A stretch of 62,880 nt of DNA, filler included, from Candidatus Fermentibacterota bacterium (GTDB taxonomy: Bacteria; JAFGKV01), in the NCBI GenBank assembly GCA_016928395.1. It is 7 parts of 7 records of this genome, joined end to end, with 100 filler letters (N's around TTAATTAATTAA, not from the genome) between each part and the next. Parts side by side here need not be neighbours in the genome. Positions count along the whole stretch, not along the records: positions 18,942 to 27,740 come from JAFGKV010000087.1; positions 27,841 to 38,036 come from JAFGKV010000088.1; 5 more parts are not named here. One strand, 5' to 3'. This document shows, in pieces, positions 19,681-29,368 of this stretch. Position 1 is the stretch's first letter. The number at the start of each line of letters is the position of its first letter. The position numbers and the translations under genes were made by a program. Under the pieces are notes generated by a model that made no database searches, had not been told where the DNA came from, and saw only the letters and a list, made by a program, of their open reading frames with translations.

Positions 19681-20667
19681 ATGCGTCTTCGCTGTCAATG
19701 TCTACCGGTCGTTGTGTGCATGCTGCTCGTCGCGGTTCCCGCGCTGGGCCAGGTTATGAAGGTCTCCGACCTGGGACGAGAGGTGAACAACGTCGTCACG
19801 GTTGAGGGGTTCGTGACCCAGTACCAGGAAGACCCTGCAACGACGCGGGTGTTTCACATCAAGGACGACTGGGCCGGGATCGTGATGATCCGCACATCGG
19901 ATCCGGTTCCCCGAGTAGGTGCTAGGCTTCGCGTTACGGGTACGGTCACGATCGACCCGAAGTTGAATTCGCCTTCGATCATCGAGAAATCGCGGGTCGT
20001 GGTCTCGGATCCGGGCGCGCCTCCGCCTCCCCCTCCTCCTGTCTACACCGAGACCGAGGCCGCCGGGGAGACCAACTATCTGCTCTACCTCCTCATCGCG
20101 GCAACGGTCATCGTCCTCGGCGCTTTGGTCGTGGTGATCGTGCGGATGGTTGGCAAGGGCAAGGCCGAAGCCGAGCCAATTGCCGCCCCGAGTGGGGCTC
20201 CCTTTGCTCCGTCACCAACCGGCGGCCCCTCCCAGGTTCCCGACGGCGCGACCATCCAGATGCCGAAGCCTCAGGAGATCATCGAAGGCCACACGATCAA
20301 GATGCACGCGCCTCCACCTGGCACGCTGAAGTTGCTTCCCGGCTTCTTCGAGGTTGCTGCCGGCGAGCCGCAGCTCAAGGAAATCCGGCTTTACAAAACC
20401 TCGGGCCAGACTGAGATCGAGACGACCATCGGCCGAAACCCTGGCGAACCCTACAAGCACATCCAGTTGAAGCTCCCGACCGTGTCACGCCAGCAGGCGA
20501 AGCTGGTGTTCTCGAACGGGCGGTATACGCTCATCAACTATGCGCCCGACAGCAGCAATCCGACCGAGGTCAACGGGTCACCAATGGGCGTGAACGAATC
20601 CCGGATCCTGGAGGAAGGCGACCGGATCCGCATGGGTGAACTTGAGTTGGTCTACCACGTACGCTGA
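19681..20667 (+). CDS. Membrane protein: signal peptide, OB-fold-like domain, Pro linker, TM helix, C-terminal FHA domain
   Basis: GAGGAGG RBS; VTVEG.V..IKDDWAGI..GARLRVTG; FHA motifs IGR, VSRQQA, SSNPTEVNG, GDRIRMG. Confidence 0.8.
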   Translation: MRLRCQCLPVVVCMLLVAVPALGQVMKVSDLGREVNNVVTVEGFVTQYQEDPATTRVFHIKDDWAGIVMIRTSDPVPRVGARLRVTGTVTIDPKLNSPSIIEKSRVVVSDPGAPPPPPPPVYTETEAAGETNYLLYLLIAATVIVLGALVVVIVRMVGKGKAEAEPIAAPSGAPFAPSPTGGPSQVPDGATIQMPKPQEIIEGHTIKMHAPPPGTLKLLPGFFEVAAGEPQLKEIRLYKTSGQTEIETTIGRNPGEPYKHIQLKLPTVSRQQAKLVFSNGRYTLINYAPDSSNPTEVNGSPMGVNESRILEEGDRIRMGELELVYHVR

Positions 20668-20674
20668 TCGTGAG

Positions 20675-20860
20675 GTAGGAGCGGCGTGAGCCGCGAACCT
20701 AGCGGGGCGGGCCTCTGCGCCCGCCCACCCTTCTCCCCTTCGGAGAAAGCCGAGCGTTCAACGTTCGGTGTTCAACGTTCCCTTTCTCTTCCCCCTTTGA
20801 AAAGGGGGACCGAGGGGGATTTCTGAGGTGAGGGTGAATCTCGCGGCGTCAGCCGCGAAC
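20675..20860. repeat. REP copy, palindromic element copy and partial REP
   Basis: REP at 20675-20697, CCCCCTTTGAAAAGGGGGACCGAGGGGGATTT at 20791-20822, GCGGCGTCAGCCGCGAA near 20843. Confidence 0.75.
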
Positions 20861-20923
20861 GCAGCCCGTGTCGGATTTTGTGGTTTGTGTTTCGGTTTTC
20901 ACTGACCCTATCCGGGGGTGCTG

Positions 20924-22552
20924 ATGGCGACGACGCCTGATCGAGTTACTCTCGCGACCCGAACCCATCAGGGTCGCCGGCCCTACAACCAGGATGTCGT
21001 GCTCGCGGAGGAGGTCTTCCTCAAGTCAGGAGCCAGAGGCCATCTCCTGATCGTGGCCGACGGCATGGGCGGCGCCGCGGCCGGCGAAGTGGCCTCCAGG
21101 GTCGCGGCCCATACGCTCCGCAATACCCTGGTTGACTGGGTTAAACGCAACGACATTGACCCTTCATCGGCAAAGACCGGCCTTCGCCTCGGGTATCGCG
21201 CCGCACACGAAGCGGTCCAACAGGAGGCGGCCAAGGACCCCGCGCGCCAAGGCATGGGAACAACTCTGGTTGCGGCCTTGGTTTGGGCCGATCACTACGT
21301 AGTCGCCAATGTCGGCGATAGTCGAGCCTACGTGATCGATTCCGGCGACATCACGCAGATCACCAAGGATCATTCAGCCGTCCAGGAGATGATCGACCGC
21401 GGCGTCATTCAGCCGGAGCACCGCGCGACCGCGCCCATGGCGCATGCGTTGACCCGGGCCTTGGGAGACTCGCCGGAGCCACCGGAGGTTGACGTGTTCC
21501 CTAGGGATGGCGCCTACTCGCTTCACCCGGGCCAGATTCTACTCCTCTGTTCCGATGGCCTGGAAAACGGCGTGGACGACGACGCGATCCACGGCCTCGT
21601 CTGCGGCGCCCCGAACCTGGAGGACACCGCCGAGGCCCTCGTGCGCGCGGCATGGCATGGCGGCAGCAGAGACAATATCAGCGTTGCTCTTGTGGAGCGC
21701 GGTCATCTCCAACGCCGCCCAGGAAAGGCATCGCTTCCTCCGCCCATCTCTCGGGCCAAGCCCCGCACACGCCGAAGGCGCCCTTCGTCGATTCCGGCCT
21801 TGGTCTTGTTCCTCGTGGCCGCCGGCCTTGGTGCCGCCACCTGGAAGGTCTGGCACACCACCCAGACCGAGCAGCTGGTTCCATCTCCCCCCTTGTCAAA
21901 GGAAGACCAAGAGGGATCAACGGTGCTTCCCCCTTTAGAAAAGGGGGATCGAGGGGGATTTCCGTCCCCGATGGATGGGGATTTTGGCCCCGACACCGCT
22001 TTTGCACAATTCGACTCCGCAGCCCCAGAGAGCTCAACCGCGGCTACCGTTGCCCCTCCCCCTTTGCAAAAGGGGGATGAAGGGGGATTTCCTTCCCCGA
22101 CGTCTCAAGAGGATCGCCCGCGCTTACGCAGGGCACCAGAGGCCCCGGCGAGACCACCGTCTCCCAAGCCCCAAGCACCAACTCCTGTGCCCATCACCGA
22201 TCCCACTTCCGCTCCGACCGCCGGCACTGCCGTCACCGAACCGACTCGAACTCCTCCCCTTACTTTAGAGGGTGACGAAGGTACGACCCAACCATCTCCC
22301 CCTTTGCCAAAGGGGGATGAAGGGGGATTTCCATCCCCGCTCCCCGAGGCGGCGCTCCCGGGAGAACCTGGGGTCGAGCCTCCAACTTCCCCAGCACGAA
22401 TGCTCCCTGATTCAGTTGCTCCGGCTCGTCCCGACTCTCCTTCGGCTACAAGTCCGATTGATCCCACGACGTCCGCTCCCGCCGACGCAGCTCAGCCACC
22501 TGCCGAACCTCCCGAGCCAGCTCCTTCGACCGAGGCGAACCCGAACCCATGA
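20924..22552 (+). CDS. PP2C-family Ser/Thr phosphatase with a TM helix and Pro-rich repeat tail
   Basis: NQD, VADGMGG, NVGDSRAY, CSDGL and DNIS. Confidence 0.92.
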   Translation: MATTPDRVTLATRTHQGRRPYNQDVVLAEEVFLKSGARGHLLIVADGMGGAAAGEVASRVAAHTLRNTLVDWVKRNDIDPSSAKTGLRLGYRAAHEAVQQEAAKDPARQGMGTTLVAALVWADHYVVANVGDSRAYVIDSGDITQITKDHSAVQEMIDRGVIQPEHRATAPMAHALTRALGDSPEPPEVDVFPRDGAYSLHPGQILLLCSDGLENGVDDDAIHGLVCGAPNLEDTAEALVRAAWHGGSRDNISVALVERGHLQRRPGKASLPPPISRAKPRTRRRRPSSIPALVLFLVAAGLGAATWKVWHTTQTEQLVPSPPLSKEDQEGSTVLPPLEKGDRGGFPSPMDGDFGPDTAFAQFDSAAPESSTAATVAPPPLQKGDEGGFPSPTSQEDRPRLRRAPEAPARPPSPKPQAPTPVPITDPTSAPTAGTAVTEPTRTPPLTLEGDEGTTQPSPPLPKGDEGGFPSPLPEAALPGEPGVEPPTSPARMLPDSVAPARPDSPSATSPIDPTTSAPADAAQPPAEPPEPAPSTEANPNP

Positions 22553-22621
22553 CCCCACTGTGGCTCTTTTCCGATGCCATGGCTTCCTTCCCTCTCTCCA
22601 ACGTGCAAGACGCCCGGTTTC

Positions 22622-22658
22622 GCGCATTTGAGGTCGCAGTCTGCGACCTCAAATGCGC
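22622..22658. repeat. 17-bp perfect inverted repeat
   Basis: GCGCATTTGAGGTCGCA-gtc-TGCGACCTCAAATGCGC. Confidence 0.7.
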
Positions 22659-22693
22659 CCCTCCTAACTTGGGGAATGCCTTGCACAAACGCT

Positions 22694-22905
22694 GTAGGAG
22701 CGCCGTCAGGCGCGAAGGGTTTGGGTTCGCGGTTGACACCGCTCCTACCATCGGGAATGTGGTGCACGGACAATGTACGTTCGCAGTTGACACCGCTCCT
22801 ACCCTGGGGAATGTGGTGCACGGACAATGTACGTTCGCGGTTGACACCGCTCCTACCCTGAGGAATGTGGTGCACCGACGCTGTAGGAGCGGCGTAAGCC
22901 GCGAA
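22694..22905. repeat. BIME-like REP array upstream of the RAYT
   Basis: REPs at 22694(+), 22726, 22780 and 22834 (all -, 54-bp period) and 22883(+), with near-identical linkers. Confidence 0.88.
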
Positions 22906-22946
22906 GATGGCCAGAAGCCGTCAGCAGCGAACCCTGGTCCTGAACG

Positions 22947-23480
22947 ATGATGCAACACACTCCTGCTCCTGCAGACAAGCCCTGGGTCGGGCGGGAAACC
23001 CCTGGGCTCCTTGCCCTCCGCAGAGGCCGGTTCTCGGAGCCGAACAGGGCATACTTCTTGACGACGGTCGTGCACGAGAAGCGGCCGCTTCTTGCGGGCC
23101 GTGTCGGCGAGCGGGTCGCTGAGAGCCTTGTCAGGTGGCAGGAGGTGGGCGGAATGCCCTTGTTGGCGTTCGTGATCATGCCGGACCATGCCCACATCCT
23201 GGGTGTGCTGAGGGATGGTAGTGACCTGGGGCGTGCGTTCGGTCGGTGGAAGGCGGGGGCGGCGAAGGAAGCGAATGAAGAACTGCGAAGGACGGGTCGG
23301 TTCTGGCAATCGGGGTTCCACGATCACGCGGTGAGGAGGAGCGAGGATCTGCGGGAGATCGCTTCGTATATTGAGGGTAACCCGGTGCGCAAGGGGTTGG
23401 TTTCCAGGGCCGAGACGTTCGAGTTGAGCAGTGCGAGCGAGCGTTTCCGCGACCGGGTTCTGGGATGGGCGCTGATCTGA
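22947..23480 (+). mobile_element. REP-associated tyrosine transposase (RAYT, Y1/HUH)
   Basis: LRRGRFSE..YFLTT, MPDHAH (HUH), FWQSGFHDHAVR and YIEGNP (catalytic Tyr); flanked by REPs on both sides. Confidence 0.92.
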
Positions 23481-23496
23481 GCACGAAGGGCATGCG

Positions 23497-23568
23497 TTTG
23501 CGGTTGACACCGTTCCTACGTTGGGGAATCTGGTGCGCGGACAATGTAGGAGCGGCGTCAGCCGCGAA
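23497..23568. repeat. REP pair downstream of the RAYT
   Basis: Minus REP 23497-23519 and plus REP 23546-23568, with the same GGGAAT.TGGTGC.CGGACAAT linker. Confidence 0.85.
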
Positions 23569-23694
23569 TCCCTCGGATTTCCCACACACAGGCCGAGGGG
23601 GATGTTCTGCCCGCATCCATTCATCCAGTGTTCACCGATTCCATCTCATTTGTCGTTCGATGTTCGATGCTAGTTCTTCCTCCCGGAGTCTCTC

Positions 23695-25488
23695 ATGCTA
23701 TTCTATCGTCCTGGCCTAATCATCGTTGACCGTTTCGAGCTCCGGCAGGAGCTGGGCGCCGGCGGCATGGGGATCGTGTTCGGGGCGATGGACCGGGTCC
23801 TCGACGAAGACGTGGCCCTCAAGTTCCTGCCACCGGCCATGGCGCGGGATCAGGATGCCATCGAGCAGTTCACGAAGGAAGTGAAGCGGGCGCGCAAGGT
23901 TCCTGGGGAGTACGTCCTGCGGGTCCACGACATCTGGAACGACGGCGAGGGCGGCTGGTTTGTCAGCATGGAGTGGGCCAAGGGGGGAGATCTGACGGCG
24001 TACCGGCGGCGGTACGGAACGCTGAGTTGGGATCAGGCGAAGACGCTCCTGCTGCCGATTCTCCAAGGGCTTCAGGCAGTGCACAAGGCGGGGATCGTGC
24101 ATCGGGACATCAAGCCGGCGAACATCCTGTTCCGGGAAGATGGGACGCCGGTGGTGGCGGACTTTGGGATCTCGAAGTCGATTCAGGCTTCGATGAGCCG
24201 GATCTCACAGGACGCGACGATCAGCGGCACCCCGGCATACATGGCGCCAGAGGCGATTCGGGGCGGGAGCGAGATCGGGTTTCACACGGATCTCTATGCG
24301 ATCGGCTGCATGGCGTATGAACTGGTGACGGGCCACACGCCGTTCGTGGGCGATCCGATGTCGGTGATGTACAATCAGACACAGAGTGACCCGTCGTTCA
24401 GTGGCATGCCGCCTGAGGCGATTCGGTGGATCGGTGCGTGCATGATGAAGGATCCGGCGCGGCGAGTGCGGAACGCCGAGGAGCTGATCCGGGGTCTAGA
24501 GGATCCGAGCCGGTTGCCGGCGTACGTGCCGGTGGTCCCCATTCAGCAGTACGTGCCTTCGGTGCAACCGGATCCGGTGCCGAGGGCGCCGGCTGGCCCT
24601 CCCGCGCAACGCGCTCCCGTATCCTCTTTGCCGGCTGTGGAGCGAACGCACAAGGTCCCGGCTGTGTCTCCAAGGGTGTCGTCTCCGGCTGCACCGGTGC
24701 TCCCCAGTGTATCCTTCATGCCCTCGGAGGCGCGACAACAGGGAGATGCGAAGCCGAAGGTGCGCCGCAAATCCGCCAACTACCTGCCGTTCGTGCTCGT
24801 CGGTGCCCTCGCGGCGCTCCTGGTAATCATCCTGATTGTGATTCTCCAAGGCAGAGGAACGCCGCACCAACGGGTCGCCAGAGCACCGGTTGGAGTTCAG
24901 TATCCACCACCAGACGGTGGCCAACAGCCCGATGCGAATGAGACGCCGGATCGTCCACCCTCCCCGCCTCCTCCGGAATCCGATCCGGGGGACTCTCGTA
25001 TCGAGCTCATTGCCCGCCTGGAAGAGGAAGCACGCGAGCACTTCGCTGCCAGAAGGTACACCAGCCCAGCAGGGCGGAACACCTGGGAGACGTGCCGGCG
25101 CATCCTCGCGGAGCAGCCGGACAACTCGCTCTGTCAGATGCTCCAGGGACAGATGCAGAACTGGTACGTCAAGGACATCGGGAAGAAGCTGGTAGATGGC
25201 GACTGTGAGGGCGCCGAGGCATGTGCTCGGGCGCTTCGACAGCTTGGATGGGCCAGTGACTACTCGGCCCGAATCGCCGACTGCCGGGCGCGTAGGGGGC
25301 CACCTCCCCCCCCACCTCCCCCAGCAACCATTGGGCTCTGTCCATTCTGCGGAGAGCGGACCGAGAAAGGGAATCGATGCCAGATGTGCGGGAAGAGCCT
25401 TGCAGGTCGCGGTGTAGTCTGCCCCTCCTGCCAGAAGTGGGTGCCGGCGGGCAATCGATGCACGGAGTGTGGCAAGGAGCTTCCGTGA
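23695..25488 (+). CDS. Hanks-type Ser/Thr protein kinase with a TM helix and C-terminal double zinc ribbon
   Basis: GAGGMG, VALK, HRDIKPAN, DFG, GTPAYMAPE; four CxxC pairs at the C-terminus. Confidence 0.93.
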   Translation: MLFYRPGLIIVDRFELRQELGAGGMGIVFGAMDRVLDEDVALKFLPPAMARDQDAIEQFTKEVKRARKVPGEYVLRVHDIWNDGEGGWFVSMEWAKGGDLTAYRRRYGTLSWDQAKTLLLPILQGLQAVHKAGIVHRDIKPANILFREDGTPVVADFGISKSIQASMSRISQDATISGTPAYMAPEAIRGGSEIGFHTDLYAIGCMAYELVTGHTPFVGDPMSVMYNQTQSDPSFSGMPPEAIRWIGACMMKDPARRVRNAEELIRGLEDPSRLPAYVPVVPIQQYVPSVQPDPVPRAPAGPPAQRAPVSSLPAVERTHKVPAVSPRVSSPAAPVLPSVSFMPSEARQQGDAKPKVRRKSANYLPFVLVGALAALLVIILIVILQGRGTPHQRVARAPVGVQYPPPDGGQQPDANETPDRPPSPPPPESDPGDSRIELIARLEEEAREHFAARRYTSPAGRNTWETCRRILAEQPDNSLCQMLQGQMQNWYVKDIGKKLVDGDCEGAEACARALRQLGWASDYSARIADCRARRGPPPPPPPPATIGLCPFCGERTEKGNRCQMCGKSLAGRGVVCPSCQKWVPAGNRCTECGKELP

Positions 25489-25621
25489 GGCGGTGCGTTC
25501 GTTTTCATCGCGCAAGGCCGGCCTTTGAGATGCGGATCTTGGAGGCGGTGGAGGTATCATTGTGCTACCTTGCCGCCATAAGACAGCACATGAACCGTTG
25601 TCGAACAAGGAGGAGTCACTG

Positions 25622-27040
25622 ATGAGAAGATCAGCCGTGCTCATTGGGGCATGCATTCTGATGCTGGCGGTCAGCCTCGCGTATGCCAAGCCGTGCCCTC
25701 AGTGCGGGACCGAGAACATAGACGAGGCGAAGTTCTGCAAGCAGTGCGGCTTTGAGTTCGCAAAGGCCGACGAGATCCGCAAGGCCCTGGAGCAGGAGCG
25801 GGCTGCACTGCTTGAGCGAGCGGACTCGGCGTACAAGGCCGGCCGGTGGGAAGATGCCCTGACCTCGTACAGGGCCCTGCTGCAGAAGGATTCCGGCAAT
25901 GAGCTCGCAAAGGGCCGGATTCCCGAATGCGAGAGGAAGGCCAACGAGGAGAAGGCACGACGTGACCAGGAAGCCCGTGCAGCGCAGCTCAGGCGTGAGT
26001 ACGATGCCTGGCTTGAAGATGCGCGGAAGAACCGCACGTATCGACTGAAGACTGCGCGGGGTTTGCTGGACGACGGGAAGCTCTATGAAGCCGGGCGGAA
26101 TAGCATGCTCGCCCTTGCGGGAGATTGGAACTGGAAGGAAGGCAGAGCACTCCTGAAGGAGATCCTCAGCAAGGCAACCTGGAACTTGAGCGTCTGTGAT
26201 CCTGAGGCAGCGTTCGGTGGGCTGACGATTGCAGCCCCATACAAGGAGGAATTGAAACAACAGGCCCTCATGGTCTGCCGGGAATTCGCCTTTGGTGTCC
26301 TCGAAATCGACGTATCGATCCCCGGGGCGGAGATTGCGGTTGACGGTAGGCGGATCGGTGTCTCACCTGTTGAGCCTGAGAGCCTGGCCGCGGGATCGCA
26401 CGTGGTCGTGGCGCGCAAGGAAGGATACTACGACGCCACGGAGTCAGTTGAGGTCCAAGGAGGAGGCGAGATCACCCGGGTGAGTCTTGGTCTCCGGTCT
26501 GCCACCGGCGTGGCGCGCATCCTGTCGAATCCGACGGGGGCTCGCGTATTGCTGGACGGAACGTACGCGGGGACTACTCCCCTTCTTGATCTCACCCTTG
26601 ACGGCGGTCAGCGGCAGGTTGTGGTCGAGTCCAAAGGCTACGAGCGCTGGTCTGGCATCCTCACGGTTGTGGAAGGCGAGACTGCGTCGCTCGAAGCCGC
26701 GCTGATCGCGAAGAGCAAGGGCAAGGCGTTCCTACGCTCGGCTCTCTTGCCGGGATCAGGGCAGCGCTATCGCGACAGGACGGGGACAGGCTGGGTCTAT
26801 ACGGTCGCCCAGGTGGTTTCCGCCGGAGCAGCGGTGTTCGGCTACTCGGCCTACAGCTCCGCCTTCGACGAGTACGAGGAGGCAGTGAGGGACTATGAGT
26901 CTAGCGGCAGCGAGCAGTCCTGGCAGAGGATGATCAGCAAGCACAACGACGCCCAGGACAAGCAGAAGACGAGCAATCTTACTCTGTCCCTGGCAGTTGG
27001 AGTCTATGTGGTGAATCTGGTGGACGCCTTGGTGTTCTGA
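25622..27040 (+). CDS. Exported zinc-ribbon / TPR / PEGA-domain protein
   Basis: Signal peptide, CPQC..CKQC, TPR-like helices, two PEGA repeats and a SALLPG.GQ.Y tail. Confidence 0.85.
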   Translation: MRRSAVLIGACILMLAVSLAYAKPCPQCGTENIDEAKFCKQCGFEFAKADEIRKALEQERAALLERADSAYKAGRWEDALTSYRALLQKDSGNELAKGRIPECERKANEEKARRDQEARAAQLRREYDAWLEDARKNRTYRLKTARGLLDDGKLYEAGRNSMLALAGDWNWKEGRALLKEILSKATWNLSVCDPEAAFGGLTIAAPYKEELKQQALMVCREFAFGVLEIDVSIPGAEIAVDGRRIGVSPVEPESLAAGSHVVVARKEGYYDATESVEVQGGGEITRVSLGLRSATGVARILSNPTGARVLLDGTYAGTTPLLDLTLDGGQRQVVVESKGYERWSGILTVVEGETASLEAALIAKSKGKAFLRSALLPGSGQRYRDRTGTGWVYTVAQVVSAGAAVFGYSAYSSAFDEYEEAVRDYESSGSEQSWQRMISKHNDAQDKQKTSNLTLSLAVGVYVVNLVDALVF

Positions 27041-27071
27041 CCAAAGGGTAATCACTGGGAGGTCTTTGATC

Positions 27072-27740
27072 ATGCGTATTCTTAGGGAGTCACCGCGGCG
27101 CGTCACCAGAATGGCGTCGGTCCTTACCTGCCTGGCCATGATGGCAGTAGTATCGGAACGCTGCACGAAAGATCCTTCATCGCCTCCGGGACCTCCACAG
27201 CCGGAGATTGCGGTAAGCCCCACGAGCCTGAGCTACTCCGTGGCGGTGGATGGGAGCCAAACCAAGAGCTTGGTGGTCACGAATAGTGGCAAGGCGACGC
27301 TGAACGTGAGTTCTATCAGCGTCAACGCATCATGGTTGGAAGGGATCATGCAGAGCTTCTCCGTGTCACCTGGTTCGGCCCAAGAGATGATGGTGACTGC
27401 GAATGCGCACGGAATGAGTGCCGGGGACTACAACGCCACGATCACGATTGCGAGCAATGATCCGGACGAAGCGACGAAGACGGTGGGGGTGACGTTCGAG
27501 GTGACGTCGACGTCGCAACCAGACATTGACGTGAGTCCGACGAGCCTGAGCATGGACACCGTATGGACGGGGGGAAGCACGACCGCGACGTTGACGGTGC
27601 AGAACGTGGGGAATGCGACGCTGAACGTGACGTCGATCACGGACAATCAGGACTGGCTGAGCGAGAGTCCGACGAGCTTCAGTGTGAATGCGGGGTCGAG
27701 CCGTGCTGTGACGGTGACGGCGAGCGCGGCGAGTCTGGGA
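27072..27740 (+). CDS. Exported protein with Ig-like (choice-of-anchor D / BACON-like) repeats, 3' partial
   Basis: Repeated I.VSPTSLS..N.G.ATLNV..I...WL and SNDPDE; possible lipoprotein Cys. Confidence 0.75.
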
Positions 27741-27840
27741 NNNNNNNNNNNNNNNNNNNNNNNNNNNNNNNNNNNNNNNNNNNNTTAATTAATTAANNNN
27801 NNNNNNNNNNNNNNNNNNNNNNNNNNNNNNNNNNNNNNNN
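27741..27840. other. Artificial contig linker
   Basis: N-run, TTAATTAATTAA, N-run. Confidence 0.98.
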
Positions 27841-28288
27841 GCTTCGGGAATGCCTCGCCCCTACGGATCGGTCAGCCGTCATGTCCAGGACTGATGCGCG
27901 GGCATGGGCAACATGTGGTGCGTCCGCTGACAGCCTGGCTATTGCCCAAAGGTGAAACACACCCTAGCATGTGACGTCGCGAACGGCAGCGCCCAAGGCC
28001 TCAGCCCGAGCAGACACGGGTCTCAGCCCGAGCAGACGCGGGCCGAAAGCCCTTGGGCGCAGAGACGGTGGCGCGGGCCTTGCGCAGCGGCGGCTGCGCC
28101 GCCGGGCCGGGCCGGCTACCCGGCCTACATGGCGGCCCGTATACTGCGCGATGTGAGTTGGCCAAATGCGATGGCCCCGCGCGTCAACGCTCCCCGGGGG
28201 TCTACGGGTCCTGCGCCCGACTTCGTTTCCCGGTATGGACGGGCATTTGCTCCGGCAGGTGGGCCGCATTGGCGGATCGTACGACAGC

Positions 28289-29356
28289 CTAGAGGTCCAG
28301 CTCCTCCTTGACCATCTGTAGCACCCTTTGGTATTCGGGTCGTGTCTCTCTTAACCGGGCGATCTGCTTGGGACTCGAGAGACGGACGTGGCTGATGGCG
28401 CGCTCGACCCTCTCGGTCGTGGTGAGCGTGTCGTCTGTCACCAGGATCACCGGTACGCCCTGTTCGGCAGCCGCGCTGAGCACCTGCACCTCGGGCCGGA
28501 GGTTGCCGGTAAGGATGAGGCACCGCGTCGACGTGCGCAGCGCAGCCATGATCACGTCGGAACGGTCGCCGCCGGTGATAACAGCTTTGTTGGCCTTGCG
28601 CTGGAAGAAGAGGTAGGCCGCATCGCCCGTCATAGCACCCAGCATGTAGGTCTCCACCAACTCATCCAACTGGTCTTCGGCGCACAGCACTTCGCCGCCC
28701 AGTTCTTCGGCGAGCTCCCTGACCGTGATGGAGCGGAGGACCGGGTCGCTTGCCACCACGCCGCAGCACGCGAGGTTGTGGCGCGCCAGAAAGGAGGCCA
28801 GCTTAGCGGTTGCCGTCTCCACAAGGCGCGGCGGCGCACCATCGATGACAATGCCGATTAAGCGGTCGCCAAAGACCTGTCGGGCAAAGAGGATGCTGTC
28901 CAGGTCCAAGTCGGGCCGGTAGCCGATGACGGCCAAGACGGCGGCGCCGGTCAGGTCGGCCACCTCGGGCGCAGACAGCCCCAGCGCTTGTCCATCGAAG
29001 GTGCGACCGAGCCCCTCCATGATCACGACGTCTCGCCCCTCGGAAAGCCGCGCCAGCGCTTGGGTGATCTTGGTCGCCAGCCCTTCGACGGGCCCCGCCA
29101 GGGGGGCCGACCGCACGTCGTCGGTAAGGAGCACTGGGGAGGCATACTCCCAGGGTTCGGTGATGCCCAGGGCGTTCCAGGCAACATAGGCATCCTCGTC
29201 AACGTAACCATCGTCACGGCGCATCAGGGAAGCACCGAGCGGCTTCATATAGCCGACCGCTATGCCCTCGTCGCGCAATGCCAGAGCCAAGGCCAAGCAG
29301 ATGGCGCTCTTGCCCGCGTGAGGAGCGGTTGACACAACGTAAAGTGACTTGGTCAT
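28289..29356 (-). CDS. Phosphotransacetylase-family protein (BioD-like AAA_26 plus DRTGG domain)
   Basis: AGKS, GYMKPLG, LGAM and ITGGDRSD. Confidence 0.88.
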   Translation of the reverse strand: MTKSLYVVSTAPHAGKSAICLALALALRDEGIAVGYMKPLGASLMRRDDGYVDEDAYVAWNALGITEPWEYASPVLLTDDVRSAPLAGPVEGLATKITQALARLSEGRDVVIMEGLGRTFDGQALGLSAPEVADLTGAAVLAVIGYRPDLDLDSILFARQVFGDRLIGIVIDGAPPRLVETATAKLASFLARHNLACCGVVASDPVLRSITVRELAEELGGEVLCAEDQLDELVETYMLGAMTGDAAYLFFQRKANKAVITGGDRSDVIMAALRTSTRCLILTGNLRPEVQVLSAAAEQGVPVILVTDDTLTTTERVERAISHVRLSSPKQIARLRETRPEYQRVLQMVKEELDL

Positions 29357-29368
29357 TTCTGGTTCCTT

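Noticed and set aside
22726-22880. 54-bp periodic array resembling a CRISPR
   Set aside because: The spacers are near-identical, the repeats occur in both orientations and carry the GTAG REP foot, and the neighbour is a RAYT with no cas gene.
22446-23624. 392-aa minus-strand ORF with VGAVSTAN repeats
   Set aside because: It is a translation of the REP array and the antisense strand of the RAYT.
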